64,000 bases of DNA from Verrucomicrobiales bacterium (GCA_046075565.1 JBJTQJ010000104.1:1-64000), one strand, 5' to 3'; counted from the first letter of the stretch, positions 41,222-51,078 are shown. The notes: a model not told the origin generated them from the letters alone. Numbers and translations: made by a program.

Positions 41222-42364
41222 TCAATCTTTTTTCGACCTCCACCACAACGCAAGCGCGCGCAGGGGGCTCGCGCCGTGGTGACGCAAACGATGTCGGTAA
41301 TCCTCCAACAGGTCTCTCTGTCGCGCCGTGGTTTCCCGCGCCGCGGCTTTCACCCGTTGCAACTCGGTCCGTCGACTTGCTAGCTTATCCTCCAGTTCCC
41401 CGATGCGTTTCTGGAGGGAGGCCAGAAGCAACCCGTAGTCGTCGGTTTCGCAGGCAGGGGCGCAGGACGGAGTATCCCCGTTCTCCGCCACCCGCCGCAG
41501 GTAGGCCTCGTGCCCGGCCTTGTGCATTTCTTCCAGATAACCGCTCTGGGTGGTGTCGCCGATTGCCCGGTTATAGTGCATGAGGGCAAGGGTGCGGAAG
41601 CCGGCTTGAAGGTGGGGCGGGAAATATTGGGCGTTTTTCCCGAGCACATAGGCATTGTCGCGGGCGGACATGATCGGCTCGCGGCCGGAAGTCTGTGTAA
41701 AGGAGCGGTAACGATAGGCCTGGCAGACGGCGGGGATGTAACCGAGCGCCCGCTGGCCTGCGGCCCAAAGGGCCGAATCGTAATCCGGGCAAAAAACCCT
41801 CGGATCGTATTCGAATGCTCCCCCATGCGCCTTGAAGGCGGTCCGACGCCAGGTCATCTGATGCACCGGCGGTCCCCAGTGGTAAAGTAGTTCCTCTCCC
41901 ATACCTTCCGTCGTGAGCCTGGAAGGAATAAAAGAGCCGAGGGCGATTAGGCTGGGAGAGAAGAGTTCGCCCTCCGGACCAACTGCCTGGCCGTCGCAGA
42001 AACCGGCCAGCCAATCCGGCCGCTCTGCCACGGCTAGCGTTTTCGTGAGGAGACCACCGGGCAGAAAATAGTCGTCGCTATCGATATAGTGGATGAACTC
42101 TCCGCTCGCCTCGGCAACCAGTTCATTCATCGCCGCGCACAGGCCGGTATTCTTGGTGTGCCGGATGAATTTTACGCGTCGCAAGTGGCTGCCATGGTCG
42201 CGAACCCACGCTTCGATTCGTTCAGCGGTGGCGTCTCCCGAGGCGTCATCACAAATCACGATTTCCACATCCGGCAGACCACTATCCAAACAACTATCGA
42301 GCGTCTGAACTACATGCCCTTCGTGGTTGTAGGCCGGGATGACAATGGTAATCGAAGGAAGCAT
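41222..42364 (-). CDS. Glycosyltransferase family 2 with C-terminal coiled coil
   Basis: IVIPAYNHE, ICDDASGD, IDSDD; start at MLPSI assumed. Confidence 0.9.
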   Translation of the reverse strand: MLPSITIVIPAYNHEGHVVQTLDSCLDSGLPDVEIVICDDASGDATAERIEAWVRDHGSHLRRVKFIRHTKNTGLCAAMNELVAEASGEFIHYIDSDDYFLPGGLLTKTLAVAERPDWLAGFCDGQAVGPEGELFSPSLIALGSFIPSRLTTEGMGEELLYHWGPPVHQMTWRRTAFKAHGGAFEYDPRVFCPDYDSALWAAGQRALGYIPAVCQAYRYRSFTQTSGREPIMSARDNAYVLGKNAQYFPPHLQAGFRTLALMHYNRAIGDTTQSGYLEEMHKAGHEAYLRRVAENGDTPSCAPACETDDYGLLLASLQKRIGELEDKLASRRTELQRVKAAARETTARQRDLLEDYRHRLRHHGASPLRALALWWRSKKD

Positions 42365-42506
42365 CAGGCGTTCGTCTCCGTCGGGTATCTTACCGCTGGT
42401 CGGCCGGAACACAAACTTCGGCACCTTGAACCACGGCCAGACCGAGTGTCCGGCGTTGGAATGCCTATACCGCGAGTGCCGGCCACCCGACTCACCCAGA
42501 AACCCA

Positions 42507-42535
42507 TGGCGCGGAGAGCCAAATGGGCGTAGTTT
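42507..42535 (+). promoter_or_regulatory. Putative rnpB promoter
   Basis: TGGCGC-17 bp-TAGTTT, 5 nt before the P1 5' strand. Confidence 0.5.
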
Positions 42536-42540
42536 TCCCC

Positions 42541-42983
42541 GCCACGCCCCGGATGGTCACCCGCTTGGTTTCGCAAGAAACCAGGATGGGAGGAAAGTCC
42601 GGACTCCGCAAGGCAGCGCGCCCGGCGCAAGCCGGGGGACCGGGGAGACAGCGTCCCCGGCCACGGAAAGTGCCACAGAAAACAAACCGCCAGCCGGCAC
42701 CGGTCGCGAGACCAAGGGCCGGCAGGTAAGGGTGAAACGGGGAGGTAAAAGCTCACCGCTCCCCAGGGGCAACCCGGGAGGCTCGGCAAACCCCGCGCGG
42801 AGCAAGACAGAACAGGGGAAACGGGCCGCCTGCCCGGCCACCGCAAGGTGATGACCCCGGGTAATAGTCGCACCGCCGGATCGCCCGTCGATTCGGGGTG
42901 TCCGGGTATCCACCCGGGCAAGAGAAATGACCGTCGAATCCCGCGAGGCGGGAGGAACAGAATCCGGCTTACAGGGGCGTGGC
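42541..42983 (+). ncRNA. rnpB: RNase P RNA (bacterial type A)
   Basis: Conserved GAGGAAAGTCCGG, AGTGCCACAGAAA, GGGTGAAACGG, GGCAAACCCC, GGAGCAAG, AACAGAATCCGGCTTA; P1 gccacgcccc / ggggcgtggc. Confidence 0.97.
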
Positions 42984-43070
42984 CGCTCCTTCCTTCGGAA
43001 TGTTGGATTTCGTATGTTGTCCAATTTGCACTTGTCAAAACCGGGAGCCTGAGGAATTGAATATTCACCT

Positions 43071-44030
43071 ATGACCCGAGTTTTACTTACCACCACATCG
43101 TATCAGGACACTCCCGGACCCCATCACGCATTGCTGGAGTCTCAGGGATTCGAAATCGTGCGCGAACGCGGACCACTCACGGAAGCGCGGATGATGGAAT
43201 TGGCCGGCGACTTCGATGCGTTTCTTTGTGGAGATGATGGCATCACCCGCGCGGTGATCGAGAAGTCATTGCCTCGTCTGAAAGTGATCAGCAAATATGG
43301 CATTGGTCTGGATAAGATCGATGTAGCGGCCGCGAGCGAACACAAACTGCCCGTGCTCTTCACTCCCGGTGTGAACCACACGACGGTGGCGGAACACGCG
43401 TTCTGTCTGATGCTGGCGCTGGTGCGCAACCTCGTTGACGTGGTCAATTCCACCCGTCAGGGATTGTGGAAGCGTCCGACCGGTCATGAATTGTGGCAAA
43501 AGAGCATTGGCATCGTGGGTATGGGCCGCATCGGTTGTGAAGTGGCCAAACGCGCCGTCGGTTTCGACATGCCCGTCCACGGCATGGACACTTACTGGCC
43601 GGAGGACTTCGCCAAGGCAAACGGGGTCACCCGTCACGAGAACATCGAGAGTCTCCTGGAGGTGTGCGATGTGATCTCGCTCCACACCAATCTCAGCCCG
43701 TCCACCCATCACTTGATCAATGCGGAGCGTCTGGCCAAGGCGAAGCCGGGATTGTTGCTTATCAATACCGCCCGTGCCGAAGTGGTCGATCAGGATGCCG
43801 TCATCGCGGCCCTTGCCAATGGAACCCTCGGCGGCTACGGCACCGACGTCCTCGATGTCGAACCTCCGCCCGCCAACCATCCTCTTCTAACAAATCCGAA
43901 GGTAGTGGTCACGCCGCACATCGGTTCGCGCACTTATGAAAGTGTGCCGCGCCAGGCCATGAAGGCGACCAACAATTTGATCAACTACCTCAAAGGCAGC
44001 GGGGAGTTCTTCCAAGCGAACAAGTTCTGA
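43071..44030 (+). CDS. D-isomer-specific 2-hydroxyacid dehydrogenase (SerA-like, no ACT domain)
   Basis: YGIGLDKID, GMGRIG, INTARAE, DVLDVEP, TPHIGS. Confidence 0.92.
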   Translation: MTRVLLTTTSYQDTPGPHHALLESQGFEIVRERGPLTEARMMELAGDFDAFLCGDDGITRAVIEKSLPRLKVISKYGIGLDKIDVAAASEHKLPVLFTPGVNHTTVAEHAFCLMLALVRNLVDVVNSTRQGLWKRPTGHELWQKSIGIVGMGRIGCEVAKRAVGFDMPVHGMDTYWPEDFAKANGVTRHENIESLLEVCDVISLHTNLSPSTHHLINAERLAKAKPGLLLINTARAEVVDQDAVIAALANGTLGGYGTDVLDVEPPPANHPLLTNPKVVVTPHIGSRTYESVPRQAMKATNNLINYLKGSGEFFQANKF

Positions 44031-44045
44031 TTTCAGCAAAGACCC

Positions 44046-45596
44046 ATGAAAGCCTGTTCTTCCCTGCGCTACCTGCTTGCCACCTCGCTCTCGCTCCTCT
44101 TTGCCGGATCGGCTGCCGCGTTGAAAGACGAGAACAACCAGGGGCGCTGGGAGAAACCCTGTGAGCGTGGGCCCGATGCCGTGGTTCCCGGCTTTCTCGT
44201 GAACATGGGACCAACGGGAGCGCGCGGGATCCTGAAGGCGAATTCGTACGTGGTGAAATACATTTTCGACGGTTCGCCGGCGGTCGGGGTTTTGAAAATC
44301 GACGACGAGGTGACCGGAGCGAATGGAAAGCCATTCGGCACCCACATCTTTGGCGGCCGTCACCATGGGTTGGAAGGTCCGCTGCAGGATCTCGGTCTGG
44401 CCATCGAGGACAGCGAAGGCGGCGATGGGGTGCTCCGGTTGACGGTGAAGCGCGGGGAGGAAGTCTTGAATGTGCAGGTGCAACTCGAGAAACTCGGTCG
44501 TTTCGCGGAAAGCTTCCCCTTGAACTGCCCGAAGACCAAGGTGCTGCGGGACCGTGCCTACAAGTATTTGATCGAGCATCCCGGGGAAATCAGTTCGCAA
44601 GGCCGTTGTGCGGCGGCACTTGCGATGATGGGAGCGGACGACCCGAAGGTTGCTGCGGCCGGGAAGCGCATGGCGTTGGATTGGAACAAGCCTTATGACA
44701 AACAAACATGGTCATGGCATCTTGGGTTCCAAGGGATCACACTCGCCGAATACCAACTCCTCACGGGCGATGATTCGGTGAAGAAGACACTCAAGAGCAC
44801 CTTGGATCTACTCCGTTACTCGCAATGGACCGGGGAGATCAAACACTGGAAGGTGGACCAAATGAAGAAGCCCGTGGAGCAATCGGTGCTCGATCGCCAT
44901 CAGGCTCTGTATGCGGGTGGATTCGGCCATGCTCCGTTTCCGGTGATTGTTGCGCGCGGCGGTGGTGGTTACGGTCCGATGCAATGGCCGACCTGCTTGG
45001 CTCTCATGTCGTGGGAGTTGGGTAAGGAATGCGGACTCAATGCATATGACGAGGGCATTAACGAAGCATTCAAGTTTCTCGAATACGGAACCACCAAAGC
45101 CGGTCGTGTTGCTTATGGAGGCGAGTTCACCTTGAACAATGGCCCGATTGATACCGCGAAGTGGCAGCAAGATACTAAACACGGGTTCTCCGCGAAGTCC
45201 GGGTTGGGATATTTTGTATACAAGTTCTCCGATCGCGCGAATGCCGACGAAATGGTGAAGCTCCATCTGACGAATATCGATCAGGCCTACAAGGATATGG
45301 CAGATGGTCACGCCTGCGCCCTCATGGGATTGACCTGGGGTTTGGCCGGAACTTTCGGTTCAGGCGACGCGGCATTGAAGAAAAAGGTCTTCGATCATTA
45401 CAAGGCCTGGATCAATCTCGCCCGTTGCCATGGCAGCGACTCCTACGTGATCCTTCCCGCCCGCGATTATGCGGACTCTTCCTATTACCGGGACAACATC
45501 CGCAACCACACCACCGCCGCCATGGCCCTGCTCTACAGTTTCTCCTCGCCCAAGCTCCGTATCCACGGGGTCAGCCGCGGGGGCAAGCGTGGTTGA
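44046..45596 (+). CDS. Secreted DUF6288-like protein (no HEAT repeats)
   Basis: Signal peptide; NMGPTGARG, GSPAVGVL, GGFGH, GYGPMQ, GRVAYG; collinear with 16476-18878. Confidence 0.75.
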   Translation: MKACSSLRYLLATSLSLLFAGSAAALKDENNQGRWEKPCERGPDAVVPGFLVNMGPTGARGILKANSYVVKYIFDGSPAVGVLKIDDEVTGANGKPFGTHIFGGRHHGLEGPLQDLGLAIEDSEGGDGVLRLTVKRGEEVLNVQVQLEKLGRFAESFPLNCPKTKVLRDRAYKYLIEHPGEISSQGRCAAALAMMGADDPKVAAAGKRMALDWNKPYDKQTWSWHLGFQGITLAEYQLLTGDDSVKKTLKSTLDLLRYSQWTGEIKHWKVDQMKKPVEQSVLDRHQALYAGGFGHAPFPVIVARGGGGYGPMQWPTCLALMSWELGKECGLNAYDEGINEAFKFLEYGTTKAGRVAYGGEFTLNNGPIDTAKWQQDTKHGFSAKSGLGYFVYKFSDRANADEMVKLHLTNIDQAYKDMADGHACALMGLTWGLAGTFGSGDAALKKKVFDHYKAWINLARCHGSDSYVILPARDYADSSYYRDNIRNHTTAAMALLYSFSSPKLRIHGVSRGGKRG

Positions 45597-45648
45597 GACT
45601 TCTTTCGGGTTGATCGGCAGGGGCACAGGCCGCTAAACTTGAGCGTTC

Positions 45649-47649
45649 ATGGCTCGACCCCCGGCGAAAAGCACGAAATCATCCCGTAAACCCGGGAAAG
45701 GCAAGGCGCGCCCGGTCCCCAAAGGCAAGAGAAGAGCGCGCGATTCGACCTGGAAGGGACGCGTTCTGAGATGGGGGTTGTGGACCGCCGGCTTGGGGTT
45801 GGCTCTCTTCGCGGGCATCATGTTCTATTTCGAGCACGAGGCATCGAAGATTGATATTTCGAATCTCAACGAGGTGCCGGAACGCACGCAGGTCTATGAT
45901 CTGCGCGGCAGGTTGGTGGGCGTGCTGCACGGGGAGAACCGGATTTTTATTCCCATCTCCGAAGTGCCGACGGTTTTCAAAGAGGCGCTACTCGCGAGAG
46001 AAGATAACCGGTTCTACGAACACAAGGGCGTGGATTGGTTCGGCGTGTTGCGGGCGGCTTTCCGCAACGTGCGGGAAGGAGACATCGTGCAGGGTGCGAG
46101 CACGCTGACCATGCAACTGGCGCGGAATCGTTTTGCACTGTCCGGGAAGAATTTCCAACGCAAGATTGTCGAAGCCTTTCTCTCCCGGCGCATCGAGGCT
46201 CGTTACAGCAAGGATCAAATTCTCGAGGCCTATCTCAATATTGTTTATTTTGGTTCGGGGCAGTATGGCCTCGAGCAAGCGAGCCGGACGTACTTCGAGA
46301 AGCCCGCGCGGGCCCTGAATCTGGGGGAATCGGCCATGCTGGTGGGCATTATCCGCAGCCCGAACCGTTATTCACCTTTCCGGAATCCGGAAGGAGCGGT
46401 GGAGGAAATGGATATGGTGCTGGACCGCATGGTGGAAACCGAGCGGCTTGCCCCGGCGGCGGCGGTCGCGGCCAAACAAGCGCCACCCGTGGTCCGCCCA
46501 CCGGCCCGTCGGAACCCCGCTGATTCGTGGTCCATGGATGTGATCCGCAAGGAGCTGGAATTGATCCTCGATGCCAATAACATTGCGGAGGGAGGATTGC
46601 GTGTATTCACGACTCTGGATCTGGATTTGCAAAAAGCGGCGGAGGATGGGCTGGAAGAACATCTCGGCGCCCTTGAGAGCGCCCCGGGATACGCGGCCCC
46701 CACGCGGTCGGCCCACTCGGCGGCTTTGGCAGGACTGGCCGTGGGGCAAGAGCCGCCCGAACCGGGATATTTGCAAGGGGCGGTGGTCGTGCTGGACAAT
46801 GGAACCGGGGGCATCCGTGCCATGGCCGGCGGGCGCGATGTGAAGCAGAGCCGCTTCAACCGCGCCACGCAGGCGAAACGCCAGGTTGGTTCACTCTTCA
46901 AACCATTCGTTTACACGGCCGCCTTCGAGGCGGGTCTGCCACCGGGAGGAAGCCTCGATGATGGACCGATCCGACCGGGAGAGATCGCGGGAGCGGCAAG
47001 AAATTGGCGGCCACAGAACTCGGATGGAATCTTTGGCGGGATGACTCCGGTTTCCGTCGGCCTGGCCCGATCGCGGAACACCATGGCCGTGCGGGCGGGC
47101 AACATTGCGGGTTTGGCGAGAGTCCGGGAAATGGCGGAGCGATGCGGGCTGGCCGCAGACATCCCCGGTTATCCTTCCGTTTATCTCGGCTCGTTCGAAT
47201 GCTCTTTGCGTGACTTGACCTCGGCCTATACGGCCTTTCCTAACAAGGGTGTGCGACCGCGTCCGTATGTCGTAAACGAAATCCAGGATCGTTATGGCCG
47301 GCGTGTTTACCTTGCCACGCTGACGGCCACGACTTCCTTCTCGCCAAAGGCCGCGGCGACCACATCACGAATGCTTGAAGCCGTGATGCGACCGGGTGGC
47401 ACGGCGGCGGCGGCGATCACCCGGGGGGTCGATTTCCCGTCCGCTGGAAAAACCGGCACGACCGACAACTACCGCGACGCATGGTTTGTCGGTTACACGG
47501 GGCTTCTGACCGCCGGGGTGTGGGTGGGATTTGATGAGCGGAACCGCGGTCTCGCGCAGGGGTATGGCTCAAGGCTATCGCTGCCGGTTTGGGTCAAAGT
47601 GATGCGCACGGCCAAGGATGCCGGATATCAACTCGGGAACCTGCCCTGA
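45649..47649 (+). CDS. Class A penicillin-binding protein (PBP1A family)
   Basis: EDNRFYEHKG, GASTLTMQL, SLFK, SRN, KTG. Confidence 0.95.
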   Translation: MARPPAKSTKSSRKPGKGKARPVPKGKRRARDSTWKGRVLRWGLWTAGLGLALFAGIMFYFEHEASKIDISNLNEVPERTQVYDLRGRLVGVLHGENRIFIPISEVPTVFKEALLAREDNRFYEHKGVDWFGVLRAAFRNVREGDIVQGASTLTMQLARNRFALSGKNFQRKIVEAFLSRRIEARYSKDQILEAYLNIVYFGSGQYGLEQASRTYFEKPARALNLGESAMLVGIIRSPNRYSPFRNPEGAVEEMDMVLDRMVETERLAPAAAVAAKQAPPVVRPPARRNPADSWSMDVIRKELELILDANNIAEGGLRVFTTLDLDLQKAAEDGLEEHLGALESAPGYAAPTRSAHSAALAGLAVGQEPPEPGYLQGAVVVLDNGTGGIRAMAGGRDVKQSRFNRATQAKRQVGSLFKPFVYTAAFEAGLPPGGSLDDGPIRPGEIAGAARNWRPQNSDGIFGGMTPVSVGLARSRNTMAVRAGNIAGLARVREMAERCGLAADIPGYPSVYLGSFECSLRDLTSAYTAFPNKGVRPRPYVVNEIQDRYGRRVYLATLTATTSFSPKAAATTSRMLEAVMRPGGTAAAAITRGVDFPSAGKTGTTDNYRDAWFVGYTGLLTAGVWVGFDERNRGLAQGYGSRLSLPVWVKVMRTAKDAGYQLGNLP

Positions 47650-47668
47650 ACGAGCCGGGTGGGGGATT

Positions 47669-47836
47669 TCAAACTTTGATTATGAAATAGAGCACCACGA
47701 GAAAAAGAAGGACCACTGCACCAAGGGCGAGGCCGATCCGGCGATTGACGGCCACGCTGCGCATGTGCTCGACTGGGTCGCCGACGGCGTAGTATTGGCG
47801 GACTTTCTCTCCCCGCAAAGCCCGGTGCTGATCCAT
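47669..47836 (-). CDS. Small protein with C-terminal TM helix
   Basis: 55 aa MDQHRALRG...IGLALGAVVLLFLVVLYFIIKV; fills the gap between PBP1A and trpS. Confidence 0.55.
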   Translation of the reverse strand: MDQHRALRGEKVRQYYAVGDPVEHMRSVAVNRRIGLALGAVVLLFLVVLYFIIKV

Positions 47837-48126
47837 CGAAAGGGCATGGGGCAACGGCTTGCTTCGCACCTTCTCGATTCTCGAGAATACAGCAGGTCGG
47901 GGGCGAGGTTGGTGGGGCATGACGCGTGGGGGAAGATTGCAACTAGGAACTCCAGATCAGCGCTTTTGTCAACAAGGAATGGAAAACGTCCGGGGCCGTG
48001 CGGTGGAAGCAATTCCGGGAAAAACTCATCGCATTGCCGGGTTGGAAGATGGTCAATTTCCGGATCCCCGGCAGGCAGCATCCAACCCGGGCTTGAATTC
48101 CCGGTCGAATTGCGGCTTTTTTGGCG

Positions 48127-49092
48127 ATGCGAATTTTATCAGGTATCCAACCCTCGGGGCAGCTCCACATCGGCAACTATTTTGGGGCCATGCGGCCGAT
48201 GATTGACCTGCAGGACGATGGGGACGGTTACTATTTTATTGCCGATTACCACGCCATGACGACGGTGTCGGACCCGGCGATCCTGCGCGCGAATGTCCGG
48301 GAGGTGGCGCTGGATTTCCTCGCTTGCGGTCTCGACCCGGCCAAGGCGGTCTTTTTCCGCCAGAGTGATATTCCGGAGGTCAACGAACTGGCTTGGGTGC
48401 TCTCCACCCTGTGTCCAATGGGCCTGCTCGAGCGTTGCCATTCGTTCAAGGACAAGACGGCGCGCGGCATCCCGGCCACCCATGGATTGTTCGCCTATCC
48501 CGTGCTCATGGCCGCCGACATTCTGCTTTATGACAGCCGCATCGTGCCGGTGGGCAAGGACCAGAAGCAACATGTCGAGGTCACCCGAGATCTGGCGGGG
48601 AAACTGAACGAACGTTTTGGCGAGGGCACGGTGGTAGTTCCGGAACCGAGGATCCAGGAGGCGACCGCCGTGGTGCCCGGCCTCGACGGCCAGAAGATGA
48701 GCAAGAGTTATGGCAACACCGTGCCGTTGTTCGGCGAGGAAAAGGCCCTGCGCAAGAGCATCATGCGGATGCCCACCGACAGCACGCCGGTGGAAGAGCC
48801 GAAACCGAAGGGGAATTCGATTCTGCTCCAGCTCTACAAACTCTTCGCCACGCCGGAGGAATACGCCGCCATGGAAGCGAGTTTCGACGCCGGTGGCACG
48901 GGCTATGGCCACTACAAAGGACAGCTCTTCGAGGCCTACTGGGAGCATTTCCGGACCGCGCGCGAGTGCCGCGCCGGGCTGGCCGCCGACCCGGGACACG
49001 TCGAGTCCGTGCTCAAGGCCGGGGCGGTGAAAGCCCGCGAAACCGCAAATCGCACCCTGGAGCGCGTCCGCCGGGCCTGCGGATTACGCTGA
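48127..49092 (+). CDS. trpS: Tryptophan--tRNA ligase
   Basis: SGIQPSGQLHIGNY, YPVLMAADILLY, VPVGKDQ, KMSKS. Confidence 0.98.
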   Translation: MRILSGIQPSGQLHIGNYFGAMRPMIDLQDDGDGYYFIADYHAMTTVSDPAILRANVREVALDFLACGLDPAKAVFFRQSDIPEVNELAWVLSTLCPMGLLERCHSFKDKTARGIPATHGLFAYPVLMAADILLYDSRIVPVGKDQKQHVEVTRDLAGKLNERFGEGTVVVPEPRIQEATAVVPGLDGQKMSKSYGNTVPLFGEEKALRKSIMRMPTDSTPVEEPKPKGNSILLQLYKLFATPEEYAAMEASFDAGGTGYGHYKGQLFEAYWEHFRTARECRAGLAADPGHVESVLKAGAVKARETANRTLERVRRACGLR

Positions 49093-49232
49093 ATTTCCCA
49101 TTTGCTCGCCCCATCCAATGGCGATTCCGGGCGAAAATAAGTTGCGTGTGTTCCTACAGCCGCTAGATTTCCCGTCCCGCGCCTGCCGGATTCGGATTTA
49201 GGCGCGAATTCACCGCCAGCCCCGCTTTTCCC

Positions 49233-49337
49233 ATGGGATCCCTTAAGAAACGTCGTAAAACCAAAATCAACAAGCACAAGCGCAAGAAGCGTTTGCGCAA
49301 GAATCGTCACAAGAAGCGCCTGCGTTATAAGTCCTGA
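49233..49337 (+). CDS. AURKAIP1/COX24-domain small basic protein (bS22-like ribosomal protein)
   Basis: MGSLKKRRKTKINKHKRKKRLRKNRHKKRLRYKS (34 aa, hand-translated); below the ORF-track cutoff. Confidence 0.9.
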   Translation: MGSLKKRRKTKINKHKRKKRLRKNRHKKRLRYKS

Positions 49338-49433
49338 TCTCGCACGAGCGGGCCTTGAACGTGGCAGTCCGGGAGTTTCCCGGGCCCGTCAGCTTGTTCC
49401 ATCAGGAGTTGCGGTTAAGTTCCTCCACTACCG

Positions 49434-49463
49434 TCGGCGACCCGAAAGGTCGCCGATTTTTTT
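49434..49463 (+). terminator. Rho-independent terminator
   Basis: tcggcgacc-cgaaa-ggtcgccga followed by T7. Confidence 0.9.
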
Positions 49464-49508
49464 ATCACGGGTTGAGCTTAACTTAACGCGAAAGCCCGGC
49501 GCGGATGA

Positions 49509-50267
49509 TCACGGGTGATCCGCTTGTTTGCCGCGGGCCCGGCGTTCTCGTTTGGTCGTGACTCGCCAGCCGAGGTGGGAGGCGGAGAGTTTGAGACACT
49601 GGATGCCGTAGCGCAGCGCCTTCGAGAAGGGAATTGAGCTGGCATCTTCCTCGTAACTGGTCGGGCAGGTCACCTCGCAGGTTGGGAAACCGTGTCGCAG
49701 CGCGGCCACGAACATCTGGTTGTCGAAGATGAAGTCGTTGCGGAACTCATGGAAGGGCACCGCTTCGAGCAGACGCCGCGAATAGGCGCGGTAGCCGGTG
49801 TGGTATTCGGTGTGGTAGGTGCCGAGGCAGAAGTCCATGATGTTGGTAAGACCCCAGTTGGCCAGATAACGCCAAATGGGCATGCCACCACTGAGAGCTC
49901 CCCGGCCACTTGTGCGTGAGGCAAGGCAAAGGTCGTATTCACCGGTGGCGAGCATCGCGCTCATGGCCGGAATCAGCTTCGGCGTATATTGGTAATCGGG
50001 ATGGAGGAGAATGATGATGTCCGCGCCGGCATCAACTCCGAGCTGGAGGCAGCGTTTCACATTGCCGCCGTAGTTGAGATTTTTCTCGTTCCGATGGGTC
50101 TGGATGCCGAGCGATCGGGAAATCTCCGATGTCCGGTCGCCGGATGCATCATCGACGAGGATGACATCGTCCACGATATCCAGCGGGATATCACGGAAGG
50201 TTTTCTCCACGGTTTTTTCCGCCCAGTAGGCGGGCATGGTGACGGCGACTCGTTTTCCTTGGAACAT
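49509..50267 (-). CDS. Glycosyltransferase family 2 (DPM1-like)
   Basis: MPAYWAE, VDDASGD, LHPDYQY, EYHTGYRAY. Confidence 0.92.
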   Translation of the reverse strand: MFQGKRVAVTMPAYWAEKTVEKTFRDIPLDIVDDVILVDDASGDRTSEISRSLGIQTHRNEKNLNYGGNVKRCLQLGVDAGADIIILLHPDYQYTPKLIPAMSAMLATGEYDLCLASRTSGRGALSGGMPIWRYLANWGLTNIMDFCLGTYHTEYHTGYRAYSRRLLEAVPFHEFRNDFIFDNQMFVAALRHGFPTCEVTCPTSYEEDASSIPFSKALRYGIQCLKLSASHLGWRVTTKRERRARGKQADHP

Positions 50268-50300
50268 GGACGGCCAGACTAACACGCCGCCACACTATTC

Positions 50301-50981
50301 TCAAGGGCGGATCGGAGCTTCCGCGGGCGGTGCCGGGTCCACCGGGGGTGATGGCGGCGGCGGCGTTGGTGCCGTTTCGAGCGCGGTCTCAACGTTCGGC
50401 TCGGCCACGGCCACGGCGGCCCTCACGGGAGGGGCGGGGCGGAGTTGAACGAGTTTGAGGTTGCGGGGCATGTTGGCGGAGGATTCGCCGGCATGCAGCA
50501 CGGATGCCCAGGTATATTGATCTTCTTTTCCCAGGAGAAAGGCCTCCGCGTAATCATACACCGCGCCGTCAAAGATGGGCTCGTGGGCATAGAGCGACAT
50601 GCCATCGCTACGGATGAAGACAAGGGTGAATTCATTGACCGGAAGCCCATGACCGAAAAAATAATCGTCGGCATGGCGGAAATCGACGCGGTGGATTTGA
50701 CGCACGACCGTGCTCTCATGGACGAAGCGCTCGAGGATTTCGGCCCAGCTCGCGTAGGTTTCTTGATCGGATTCGGAGAGGCGCGCCGGCCAGTCGTCCG
50801 GCATGAAAATAACCATCGATCTTTCGCCCAGAAGCGAAGGGGCCGCTTTCGCCGACCACAGCCTGCGACCATCGGGGAGACGCGAAGTCGTCTGGCATCC
50901 GGATAAGGTTACCGCGATGGCGGTCAATGCCAGCGTGCGCGCAAGAACCAACGAAAAACGGCGGGTAGGGGGGATATTCAC
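50301..50981 (-). CDS. Hypothetical lipoprotein
   Basis: Lipobox LSGC after a hydrophobic stretch; Pro-rich tail. Confidence 0.7.
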   Translation of the reverse strand: MNIPPTRRFSLVLARTLALTAIAVTLSGCQTTSRLPDGRRLWSAKAAPSLLGERSMVIFMPDDWPARLSESDQETYASWAEILERFVHESTVVRQIHRVDFRHADDYFFGHGLPVNEFTLVFIRSDGMSLYAHEPIFDGAVYDYAEAFLLGKEDQYTWASVLHAGESSANMPRNLKLVQLRPAPPVRAAVAVAEPNVETALETAPTPPPPSPPVDPAPPAEAPIRP

Positions 50982-51043
50982 CTTGAAGGGAACCTAAACA
51001 TGCCTCGTATCCACCCAATCGCAATGGGAATCAAGTTCGCCTT

Positions 51044-51072
51044 TTGACAAGCCGCCGGGCCAATCGCACGTT
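51044..51072 (+). promoter_or_regulatory. Putative leaderless promoter of htrA
   Basis: TTGACA-17 bp-CACGTT, 6 nt before ATG 51079. Confidence 0.5.
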
Positions 51073-51078
51073 TGCTAG

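Noticed and set aside
42339-43096. Several ORFs over this interval
   Set aside because: The region is the RNase P RNA gene
49338-49433. 6S or SRP RNA
   Set aside because: Too short for 6S and lacks the SRP domain IV motif; kept only as a possible structured UTR
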